Shown: in pieces, positions 1 through 10,898 of the stretch
Numbering within the stretch: position 1 is the stretch's first letter
Layout: every line of letters begins with the position of its first letter
NCBI GenBank assembly: GCA_003971905.1
Contig: RSEE01000052.1
Location: forward strand, 124,001 to 188,000
Source: Moniliella sp. 'wahieum'
Lineage: Eukaryota
DNA: 64,000 nt
Direction of reading: 5' to 3'
The notes under the pieces: model-generated
What the model was told of the DNA's origin: nothing
The model's input: the letters and a program-made list of their open reading frames with translations, nothing else
Database searches by the model: none
Translations under genes and position numbers: made by a program

Positions 1-1100
1 GGAACCAGGGGGATCGCCAGGATATCAGGACCCTCCGGTTCTCGCCATCCGGTCCCGTACCCTAGGAAGCGCGTGTGGACACGGATGAACGTGGTTGACA
101 TCCGAGCGAGGAACCATTTCCACTGAGACTTGGTAGCCAACTCCTTCCAATGCGCAAACAACTTGCCCGCTGTCTTGGTGCCGTAGTATCCTCGCGTCGT
201 CAAAACCAGGGGGAAAAACGGCTCTTGAGTGCGTCCCTGGTACTTGGCGTTCTTGTCGCATTCTGCTTGTTCAAGCAGCCGAAGCAGTTCCTTCTCCGGC
301 GTTCCCAAGGCGACGCAGTGCTCTCGTGCACCAACCGCCGGTACGCGCTCTGCGCCTCTTGCGTTCCCGTGTCGCGCAGCGTGTGGTCCACCTCCATCCC
401 TGATCCTCCCAGTGCTCCAGGCCCCATCACGCGGTAGTCGGTGCGCTGTGCCCTCGGTCCGCGCCTCGTCCCATCCTCGTCCTCCATCATAGGTTCGTTG
501 CGGACGTGAGTGTCGGGGATGGAGCGTATGAGCTGGAGAATGGGCTCCCGTACTGCCTCATGCAACGCACTAAACTTGGCCTGGGTGCGGGTGCAAGACA
601 TGATGTGCTCCAGCGAGGACATGACACCGCACTTGCACATGCTGCGCGTGGTGCGGCACAGCGTGCGGAGCTGGAGACCCACCTGGACCTGCTGGTCAGA
701 GAGCAGGTACGGGACGGACGGAATGGCGGAGAGCCAGTTGTGGCTCAGCGGGTTGCTGTGCTCAAACACATGGCGACCATCGGCAGCGTCCAGCTTCTGG
801 AGCAGCTCCTGTCGACTTTGCTCCCACATCTCGCGGCAGCGCTGGCGTTGCTTCGTAAATGCGTTGGCCGTTGCCGTTTGCGGTCCCGAACGGTCAACAT
901 AAGTGGTAATAAGATAGTCGTTGACCTCGTTGGCCGCAGCACGGGCGTGGGGCGCGATATACGAGTAAAGCGGGCTGCCACATCCTCCCATCCGGAGAGG
1001 CAGGCTCATGAGCATGTCGAAGTGGTCGTCCTTGGCACTTGGGGATCCTCGTCGCCCCGGATCCGTCTGAACTCCGTACAGAGATCAATCTCCTCAGTGC
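1..1100 (-). mobile_element. 5'-truncated CRE-clade (Cnl1/MoTeR-like) non-LTR retrotransposon, C-terminal thumb + CCHC + restriction-like endonuclease and 3' UTR (runs off window start)
   Basis: ORF 200-1015 has LPLRMGGCG (LPxRxGG), WLSAIP, zinc knuckle CKC-x7-HIMSC, an RLE-like RTDY...EVD motif and, after a frameshift, K-x2-KY and FFPLVLTTRG. Near-identical to 43043-43525 in inverted orientation. Confidence 0.85.
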
Positions 1101-4100
1101 GTCACCGCGAAGGGAGACGCAATCGGTCTTAGTAGTGACGGGTGACGCGCAATCACATACAATACGCGTCCATGTTCAACGACGTTTTCTCAACATTTTC
1201 TCAATCTCCTGAAGAAACCTGGGAACCTGCGTATTAGGCCTGGGTTCCTGAGTGCCTGAGTCTCAGGCCCGAGGGCGTCTTCTTCAGCCCTTTCAGCCTT
1301 ATAAGCTTCAGAGCGCTCAGCCTTGTCAAGCTTCAGGCTTATATTCATTAATCATTCTTCAAGCTCTTCAATAAGCTTCAAAAAGCTTCACTAGTCACTA
1401 GTCACTAGCCACTAGCCACTAGCTTCACTAGCGTCATCGATCAACGTAATAGCAGGTTACCGGTTATGCTTGACTAATATATGCACCACGCGGTGCAGTC
1501 TGTGCACATCCAGCACATCCTCCTTCTCTGGAGTCCTCATGCACTCATGTATATACTCAGTACTCAGTCGAGTGCTATTATAAGTACTAATAATAATCGA
1601 TCAATCAAAACGGTTCTCTATTCTCACTTAATTTTTGTTTTACCAATCTCTTCGTGTGCCTTAAAACGTTAAGTCATGATGCATGAAGAAAAGACCGCGC
1701 GCTACCCCTGCTTCCCCTCGTCAAGGAGAGTCCGGCTCTTCCGGTTACTTCGTCACCAAAATACTCTTGACAAGTCAGTGACTAGTGACTAATGAACGGT
1801 GACCAGAGGACGCTAGTAAAGCTTAGCTGGAAGCTCGAAGCTCGAAGAGCTTGAGGCCAGAGGCTCAGGCCTGAGGCTAGCTTGAACCTATAATAGCTTG
1901 AAGTTTGAAGTCGCTGGTACTATATTGTTCGCTTCAGCTGTCACTCATGTCACATGCCATGTCACGCGTCATCACACGTAACAAGTACTCAGAATTATTG
2001 AGCTGAAGGCGCGGGGCCTGTTGGTGGGAATGCAGGGTCTAAGAAGACGGCCTAAGAATGACTTGCCCCGGGAGAATACCCTTGTGTCAGATTATTTGTA
2101 TGCATAGGCGCAGAGGCTCAGCCCTCCGCTCATGCCCACGATCACGTCGATCAATCACATCGATCACATGCACATACCATGCAGATGTATCATACATCAC
2201 GCGTCACGCGTCACGCCTCAGACTGAGGTCTCAGATCCTCCTGAGGCTCCCGGTCACCGGTCACCGTGACCTGACCGCCTGACCGTCAGATCTGAGATCT
2301 CAGAACCCAGAACTCAGATCTCAGACTGAGTGGTTTCCTCGTGTTGAACGTTCGTTGAACGTTGAACGTTGAACGTTGAGGAGGTTGACGCGCTTACGAG
2401 TGGGCTCCACTAGCTCCACTCCTTCCCCACAACACCGCTCCCTAAGGCCTAAGGCCTAAGGCCTAATCCTTGCCTGGAGTTAGCGGTATAAGTACCTCAA
2501 GCTCCACGCTTCAAAAAGAGCTTCAAGCTTCAAGCTTCATATAATTCAAACGTTCACGCCTCAATAAGCTTCAAGCTTCAACCTCGTTCTAGAGGCTTCT
2601 CCGTTCCAAAACGTTGTCCTGTGTTGGGACACTAACGCAGTGTGTCAGCGGCATAGTCGGACTCTGATGGCGCTCACAACCATCCACACGACAGCTAGCT
2701 CTTCTAGTTCCGCCCGGCGGAAGTCTGGAAGTCCGACTTGCCTCCTTCTCGAAGCTTCGGTAGTCTAGCTCAGTCTTCCCTCTCTTCCACTATCTCCTCC
2801 TCCTCTTCCTCTCCGCTACTTTCTCTGCTATCGATGACCAACAATCAATATTCAACGTTCAACCCCGTCACTTGTTTTCTGTCTCAGGCTGATAAAAGTT
2901 AAGCTTCATGCAGCTTTTCAGGCTTCAAAAAGCTTCGAGCTTCAAGGCAATCGGTAGGACTATAGAAGCCGGTAAGTGCTGAGCGCTGGGACAGAGTGAG
3001 CTTCGCCGCTGCTCAGCGCTCATTAACATTTCTCATTGCTCTGTTGCTGAGGCTTTGGGCCCGTTCGCGAAGCATTTTCTTATGATTTTGGCGGCCATGT
3101 TAGCGCTTAGCGCTACGACTTAGCGCTAAATAACCCGACGAGCGGAAAGTATTGATTGAGGATCGAGATGATCGATCATACGCCGAGTTGTATATATGAC
3201 GGGTATGATGCATAATGCATGACACGCATGATGTATGACGCATGGCGTGGTCAAAAGACTCTCCAGTGAAGGTATGAAACCGGATAATGGAGGGGAACGA
3301 GAGAGAGGCGAAGTGTCATGCCGGATTTCGTCATGATGGGGTAGAATACGGGAAGGGAGCACAACAAAAAAGGGGGGGAATAAACATATGGGGAAGGCGG
3401 CCACGAGCCAAAGTCGAGAAAATTGCTCCGAACAGGGGACGAAAATACCAGAGAAAAGAGTAGCACCACACACCTTTTTGGTGTCAGCTGACTAGGGACA
3501 AAACACAGCGAGAGATATATAAGAACGAGGCACCTGTTTAAGGACCACACAGTGAAGGGAACCTCACAGAGAGCTTCTATTTCCTCGGCCGGACCTGACA
3601 CCTATAGGGTCCACCCATAACACAAGAAGATCAGAGAAACGATCTACTTCTTTTACTTCTGCCACTGTGGCTGTGCAGGAAGGCGATGGATGTATCCATA
3701 AACAACAATGAAGAGCAAGACTCAGACTGTGAGACGCAGGATTATGTTGGGGATTTGGGCTCTGTTGGACGGCAGAAAAGTCGGCCCTGCTATAAAAGTG
3801 AATAATGGGGAGTTACGGAAGAGGAGTGCTGGGGAAGTGTAATGATAAGGTGCGAATGCTTGTTCGTATTAAGGTAATATGCAAAGGTGGGACGGAAAGA
3901 GGAACAAGAAGGAGATATGTATATGGCATGCCGTGTATCCATGATAGTTGGAAAGCTTTTTGCCATTTGGAGAAATTGCTGTTATTGGCAGTGGGCAGTC
4001 AGTCTATATATGACCTACAAGAAGGCCCGATGTTCTTCCCGTGGTGATAATGGACACTAAAATACAGAACACTCTTATGACAAAAAGCTTACACAAACAT

Positions 4101-4499
4101 ATTAGGGGGAAAAAACGGCAGGCTTTGCCTGACGTGGACGTTTTGTTGTTGGGGAGTATAGAGCCAGGGCCCCGCGAGTCATCTAAGGAGGCGATGAGGC
4201 GGGAAAAATAGCTATATAGCAGACAAAAGGACGCAGAATGGACTAGAAGAGTCAAGAGCTATACGAGAAAAAGACCTGGGAGAAGAGCTAACAGCGTCGA
4301 GAGTGGTCTGTCTTTTTGTTTTATACCAGCCTCAGTGCCTAGCTGCGAAACACAACAAGCCCCAAACATGGCCCCATGAAATGAGACAGTCCAGTAAGAT
4401 CTTTCCAACAGTGATGAGCTTTGCCCAACGGCCTTAATGGTGTAGCATCCTAACATTATGTCTTGGCAATGGGGGGGGGTAAATGAATTTTGCGCATGC

Positions 4500-5650
4500 A
4501 TTTTTGTGGTTTACTACCGAGTGGTGTCTTTGACGCCATCCACCGCCGCCTTGAGAAAATGATGATGCGTGTTCTCCCCCCTAATCAACAGATGTAGACG
4601 TCGCCTTCTGTGCACCACACCTTTCGGAACGCAACATTTTGGTCCCATTTCTCTCCCAGTCCCTCATGTTGTGATCCGCCTCCATCCCAGATCAGCCAAA
4701 CGCTTCTGTTCCCACCTCAATACCTAGTCCGAGAGTGTGATCTGCAGTGTATATGCTTACCTTTCCTCCCACGCCAGGGTTCCTCATCTTCCCTCATAAT
4801 AATTGGCGAGATATGATTGTCCTTCTGACCTCTTGGATGCACACCTCCCTCCAGTCTGTCAGAACTCGATCCATACGAAAGAAGGCGCCTATCTCACCTC
4901 ATGAAAGAGCATCCTCTTCCAACTCTCATCAACGATAACTAGTATGCCACTTGAAACATATCAGCGCATCAGCAGAGATGGCGAAGCTTTTTGTCTGAGA
5001 ACGGTACTGTCACATTTAGTAGGAAGTGCCTCTGAAAAAAGGATGCACCATCAAATTCATCAAAGTTGGACATATACTTCGCCCCAGATAGCGCGTCTTT
5101 TGTTCCCCGGCCACTATGCTCGTTCCCCACTCAGGTATTCAGAGCCTGAAGTGTTTCCTCTCCTCGGGTCAAAAAAGTCTTGTGATCCCACATCCTGCGG
5201 CCCACTTTTGCGTAGGTTTATTGCGGATGAGACCCCTCTGTGCCTTTGTCCAGGATTTCGGCTGTTGCGGAGAGAGGGGTGATGTCCAAATCTCCTTTTC
5301 CAAAGAATGATGATGTTGCCCAAGGACGGGGCCACCCCACCAAATGTGCCCTGTTACCACCTCACCCACTATAGACTCCGCTTGTCATGGGCGGGCTCCG
5401 GACTGGAGTCTCCGACCTAAAGTTCAGGGGTGCGTTCCCTGGGAGGAGGACAGGCCACTGACGGTCGATCATCGATCCCGAACACTACTGGCAAATCCGA
5501 ACGGAGATAGAGACGAGGTGAGGCCTCCTAGTTGGGGCGTCGGCTCGCGTGGCAAGGTTGTGTATGCACCGGAAAGAAAAGGACTATTCGGGTGCCTGTA
5601 GTACATAGTCCTGAAAGTGGTTGTGGCAGAGGAAGGTTATTGACACAGGC
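4500..5650 (-). mobile_element. Possible highly degenerate Copia-like pre-integrase/integrase relic
   Basis: Minus-strand peptide IILWKRRFGH resembles the LWHxRxGH pre-integrase motif. No intact ORF. Lies in a TE-rich block. Confidence 0.25.
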
Positions 5651-6799
5651 CAAGACAGGGTAAGACAGGTCCGGTCTGACAGAACAGCTCACAACTCTTG
5701 TAGAATCGCCTCATGATCCGTACAGAGGGGACTGAGAGCAGGAGATCCACGGCAGTGGATGCCCGGTCGAAAAGATATGGAAAGACCAAAATATGGACGC
5801 TGAAAGCAGGTGGGAGGGACTGCCACAGTGAAGAACTAAGAGTATTAACAAAGGCGTTGCCTGGTGGGTCACAACGATGGATTATGAAAGAATGTTGCAC
5901 AAAAAGGACGAAAAGAGAAGAGAAAAAGACCAAGTGTGGCTGAAAAAGACGAAGTAGACGAAAGAAAAGACGAATATAAGAAGACCAAATGATCCCCTAG
6001 GGGGAAAGGAACAAGAATCAAGGGTCACATGCAGGCAGGATCTAATAAAAGGAATACAATAGATAACACAACGAATAAAAAAGAGGGAAAGGAATTGGGA
6101 TCAATGCCTCCCAGAAAGAATAACAGACCAATCAGGAGGGAAATGTTCTCCCGCACTCAGCTGGCAGGAACGGAAGAACAGTCAAAACTAGAAATGCTCT
6201 CGGTAAAGGGCAGGTTCTCCTCTCCCTCATCAGCTACTATATATAAAAATGCAAAAGGCATGATACATGATGCAAGAGGCCCGTGAGGCCTGAGGGGAGA
6301 ACTTCTCACGACGAAAAGGAGACGCTTAGATCAGGAAACTGACCTCCAGATCCGGAGGCTCAACTTCGAGCTCACTTGCGTCCAAGACCAAAGACCAAAT
6401 AATTGAAGTAGGATAAAACCAGGGACTCAGAAGCTCATGCACTACGGACCACTTCTGCTCGGCCATCCGAAAGGGAGAGATCAAGCTGGTTGCATAGATC
6501 CATGGGAACATGCTCCGTTGGAGCATAACCGAGTTCACATGTTTGTTCAACGTTCTGACAAGCCAGCCTACTATACTGTCTTGGAAGCCTGAAGATGTAG
6601 ACCTATAAAACCCACATGCAAGGGAGACAAAAAGGGGGAGGATGGGCTCGGTCAGCCCGCGTAACTTATTACACACGCTATATATATAGTCAGCTGCGTC
6701 AAGAAGGACCTCTGTCGATGAACTTTTGCGTATGTTGAGCCCCATAGAACCGGCAAAACATATAATACTAGCAATGCACGGTGGTTGTACTTAATCGAT

Positions 6800-6950
6800 G
6801 CTCCGGTAGAAGTAGTTCTGGGGATAGGTACAGGAGCCTATGCGAAGGGTAGAGGGTCTTATTAAGGCACACTATCGCGGGGTGGAGGGAGCGACCGGGG
6901 GATAAAAGAGACACCAGGTGATGCCTACCACGCAGGACGGCTATTGTTGC
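6800..6950 (+). repeat. Degenerate dispersed repeat family D (probable LTR relic)
   Basis: aggtacaggagcctatgcgaagggtag...atgcctaccacgcaggacggc aligns by eye with 44190-44340 (+) and 31850-31955 (-). Confidence 0.55.
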
Positions 6951-7101
6951 GACGGTGACTGGCTTCACCGATCGCGGGCACTCCTGGCCTCATTAGCCCT
7001 GAGGCTCCGCGGACTCCGACGACTGTTGTGTGCGGGTGCAGCGCAGACAGACAGACAGACAGAGGTGTAAACAGATGGATGACAAGAAGGAAGAGCAGAA
7101 C

Positions 7102-7953
7102 TGTTACGGGGCGCTCCGGTTATCTCCGGACGCTGAGCCCCGCATATCGTAGACATCTCAGCCCAACATGCGCCAGTTCGGTTAGACTAGCGAGAGAGAG
7201 CCAGTCGACACCTTATCCTTGGTGCGGATATCATCCGCGGCCCGTCATGGTCGCACGGCTTATCGGTACCATGCTTTGTGCCTATTGCGCCCAGTCTTGT
7301 CAGAACCCTTCCTGCTGCGCCCGACTACGCAGCGTCAGCGCCTTGGGAAGCAAGGGCTGTGCATTAGTCTTTACCTTTCTGGGAAGTGCCCCGCATTCTG
7401 TCTATACTGTCATGAGGCACTTGAGGCCTGGTTCCTTCTGCTGTATATAAGCAGCCATGTCTAAGGCTTGCTAGCTGTGGTCCTTGTCGACCATCCTGTC
7501 TATTACCGTTGGTCTCCCCGATTACCAGTTCCTCTCTCGCCCTTCCACCTTCTACCACCCTTACGCTTACGAATTTACGACTTACGTCGAGTGCACTGCA
7601 AGCCGCGGTTACTCTCATCAGTAGAGCTTGCTCTTCTTTAGGACTCTGTCTGTTCCGCCAGTGACAGCGTACCAAGTGTGGTAACGCTGCGAGGAACAGA
7701 GTAATTCCGGAGCTCCTGGACCCCTTCAGCTGGTCTAACGACCTACGTACACGGCTCCTACCTCGGAGGGTCTGGACTGCGGCCTTTGCACGCAGGCAGC
7801 CACCCAAACTAGAGGATCTCTCCCTAGCCTCTATACCCGCTCGGTTCAACCAGGATCTGGAGCAGGACCTAACGTACGAGCCACCGATTGATCTGTCCAA
7901 GGGTTATATCCCTAAACTACAGGGGGGGTCCCACCTCGGGACCCCCCATGACA
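7102..7953. mobile_element. Solo LTR, family A (~850 bp)
   Basis: TGTTACGGGG...CCCCCATGACA inverted termini, near-TSD agaac/ggaac, internal TATATAA near 7444. Homologous to 28506-29544. Confidence 0.85.
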
Positions 7954-8887
7954 GGAACCCGCCGGACGAGGAACGGAACCCGGGCGGAATCACCCGGGAG
8001 CCCGTGCCCGTCCGCACACGATGATGCGCGCGTACCCGCGTAAGCCAACGACTAGTAGCCTTCTCCTGTAGCCCTTGTCCTGCTTCCTACCACCAAGCCT
8101 ATCTCTCGCCCGCAATCGATCGCCTACGCTACTGTCCTAAACGCTTCAGCATCCATTGCGGTCTCCATAGCCGAGTGGACGAGGACGTCTACACGGTGCG
8201 GGGCGTCTCGCCCCAACACAAAAGGCAATATGGCAGTCATTTGAATGCCTTATGGGCCTTAGGCCCCTTGGCCTTAAACCCGTTTTTATATACTGCTGGT
8301 TTTTCCGGATAGGTTACCAGTTACCAGTTACCCCGGTCACCGGTCAGCCACCCCATTCCTATGCCGGCGAGTAGTAGGCCGATGGCACTTCTTGGCACAG
8401 AAGTTTATTCAACGTCAGATTAATATACTAACCTTATGACGTCTTTCGATGATCTTGACGATCGATGATCGGGCATATAGGACTCCCTGCTCAGGCGCTC
8501 AGGCGCTCAGGCCTCCGGCCCTGAAACCGGCAGGCCAGCCTTCGGGAGTTGGCTTGGGATTAGCGCTTAGCCTAAGCGCTTAGCTGATTTCAACTACGGA
8601 GGAGGTAAGGCCAGCAATCCCCAGGTTAATTCCGATTATGCGCGTTGCGTGTCTTTTACGCCCGTAGTTGGTGCATTTGTTCCAGGCCCTCCTCAGCAAC
8701 ATTCGAGATGCCGAGCTCGTCCGAGCGCATTGAGCCGCTGAACGCTGAACACTCGGCCCACGAATGCCTTGCTGTAGTTGCTGGCGATACCGGTCGTGAT
8801 ACGTCTGAGTATAAAGCAAACGCACCCAGACTCTCCGGTAGGTGCAGTGATTCTGCCCACCCCGTCCTTTTCGTTTCTTCCATCATC

Positions 8888-10064
8888 ATGGCTCCTCCGA
8901 CTATTCCTGCTACGCGCAAGTCGTGGTACTTTGTCAAGTACGCGATGGCCCGCTCAACCCATCCGAGTCCTTTCAGCTACGGGAAGAGCCCATCCCAGAG
9001 TTGAAAGAGGATGACGTTCTGATCCAGGTCAACTACTTGGCTACCGAACCATCGATGCGAGGCTCGATGCGCTCTACCGAGTCCTACCGTCCTCCTGCCC
9101 CGCTCAACCAGGTCTTCTGGGCACTGGGTACCGGAACGGTGATTGCTTCCCGCTTTGATGGCTTGCCGGTTGGCACAAGTGTCTATGGCTACTTGGGCCT
9201 TACTACCCACTGGTCGTCAATGGACCAGCAGCTCTGGCGTCGGGGAAAACTGGGTTGGGCTGCACAAGGTGCCGACCCATCCCACCAAGAACGGCAGTAT
9301 CCTTGACCCTAGGGAGTTTGTGACCGCTTTTGGACCCCTGGTTTGGCTGCCTACGTTGGCCTGCTCCACCCATTGGTCGGAGCTCTCGGCCAGTTCCGCG
9401 ACACCAAACTGGAGGACGAAGTGGTGCTCGTGACTGGCGCGGGCGGCGCAACGGGCAACTACGTGATCCAAATCGCCAAGGCCAAGGGTGTCAAGAAGGT
9501 GGTGGGATTGCCTCGGCCCGGAAGCGCGAGGCGGTGCTTGCTTCCGGTGCTGATGCCTTTGTCGCCTACGGCGAGCCAGACTTCAAAAGCAAGCTCTTCG
9601 AAGCCACCGAGCGCAAGGGTACAGTGTGCGTATTCATCCATTCGCTTGGGTTTGCTTGTGAGTTGGGTTGAGTACTAACTTTCCTTGGGGGGGGGGGATA
9701 GGCTGTTTGAAAATGTCGGGGGCAGGGTGTTCCAAACCGCGCTGTTGGCACTCGAGGAAAACCGGGGCCGTGTGGCCCTTTGCGGGCTGGTGAGCCAGTA
9801 TGACGGCTTTGGAGCTGATGATGGTGTCGCTGCCAGTCTTGCATGGGCCACTGTTCTGTCGCGCCGGCTGACGGTCAACGGATTCATTTGCATTGACCCC
9901 CTTACCAAGACATTAAGCCCGTCGAGGGCCTGACCGACCTGTTGAAACAACCAGATCCACTCACCTACTACGAGCACCAGCCGTCGGGGATTGAACATGC
10001 TATCGATGCGATTTTGGCTATGCTTAATGGTAAGAATGTGGGCAAGACCACAATTGCCATCTGA
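8888..10064 (+). CDS. NADP-dependent oxidoreductase, MDR/prostaglandin reductase (PTGR1/LTB4DH-like) family
   Basis: YLATEPSMRG, VLVTGAGGATGNYVIQIAK, FENVGG, GRVALCGLVSQY and C-terminal GKNVGK. Intron ~9626-9701. Several frameshifts. Confidence 0.85.
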
Positions 10065-10187
10065 CCGCCTTCGACGTGTTGGAATGATGTATTGTGCATG
10101 CACCTGAATTCGCCCCAAATTATAGTTCCCCTGCCGCACTGCCTCGGCATGCCCCTTTCGGTCATCGACACTGGGGAAAAAGCAGTA

Positions 10188-10422
10188 TGTTGAGGCCTTC
10201 GGGTGGCTCATGCTTTGGCCAATATGTCCTTCAGTTCCTCTCAGGCCTGGGACTGGGAGTCCGTTGTTTTCTCTCCCTTGTTTTTCTTGTTACGCAGCTT
10301 AGCCCCTGGTGGCGACAAGCTGCTTGTTGTTCCTCTGTAGGCGTTGCCGGTTGGGCTTAGACACCACCACCACCAATGAGATTGCATCACCGTCGAGGAT
10401 CATCAGGACTCCAGGTTCATCA
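10188..10422. mobile_element. Solo LTR, family B (235 bp)
   Basis: TGTTGA...TCATCA termini, near-TSD cagta/aagta. Reverse-complement homolog at 29014-29246. Confidence 0.8.
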
Positions 10423-10898
10423 AAGTAGTCTAGCATCATCAAGAGCAAGGACTGGTGGGTAATATATTGTTGGCTTAAAGGCCACACCCGCTATATATAG
10501 CCCTCAGACACCCTGCAAGTTGGTTACAACTCCTGTTGACTCGTTGCTGGCCGAGGCGCCGAGCACACCCTCACTGTTCACGTGCCCCAGGTCATCGGGG
10601 GGTCTGATCCACCCCAGCAGCCGCTAGTTTGGAAGATGTAAGCTCGAGCGTGCGAGTTTATAATAGTAGTATGTAGCCATTACCATTGGCTGACCCTAAT
10701 AGTATGCATGCGTGTGTGGTGTGGCCCAGCACGGCCACGCCAGTAGGGAACCCGGGGTGTAGAAAGAGGGGAACCGGAATGGTACAATAGAGAAACGAGG
10801 GACCAACAAGTAACATTACCGTTTCGCCAAATCATCGTCCTTATCCTTACTGGGGTGATGGGTAGTTCCGTGCCCAGCCACTTAACCTGGCCAGGCCG

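Noticed and set aside
7580..7630. Hammerhead ribozyme on the minus strand of LTR A (CTGATGA-GAGT...ACTC)
   Set aside because: The required GAAA after stem II reads GACG, and I could not form stems I and III.
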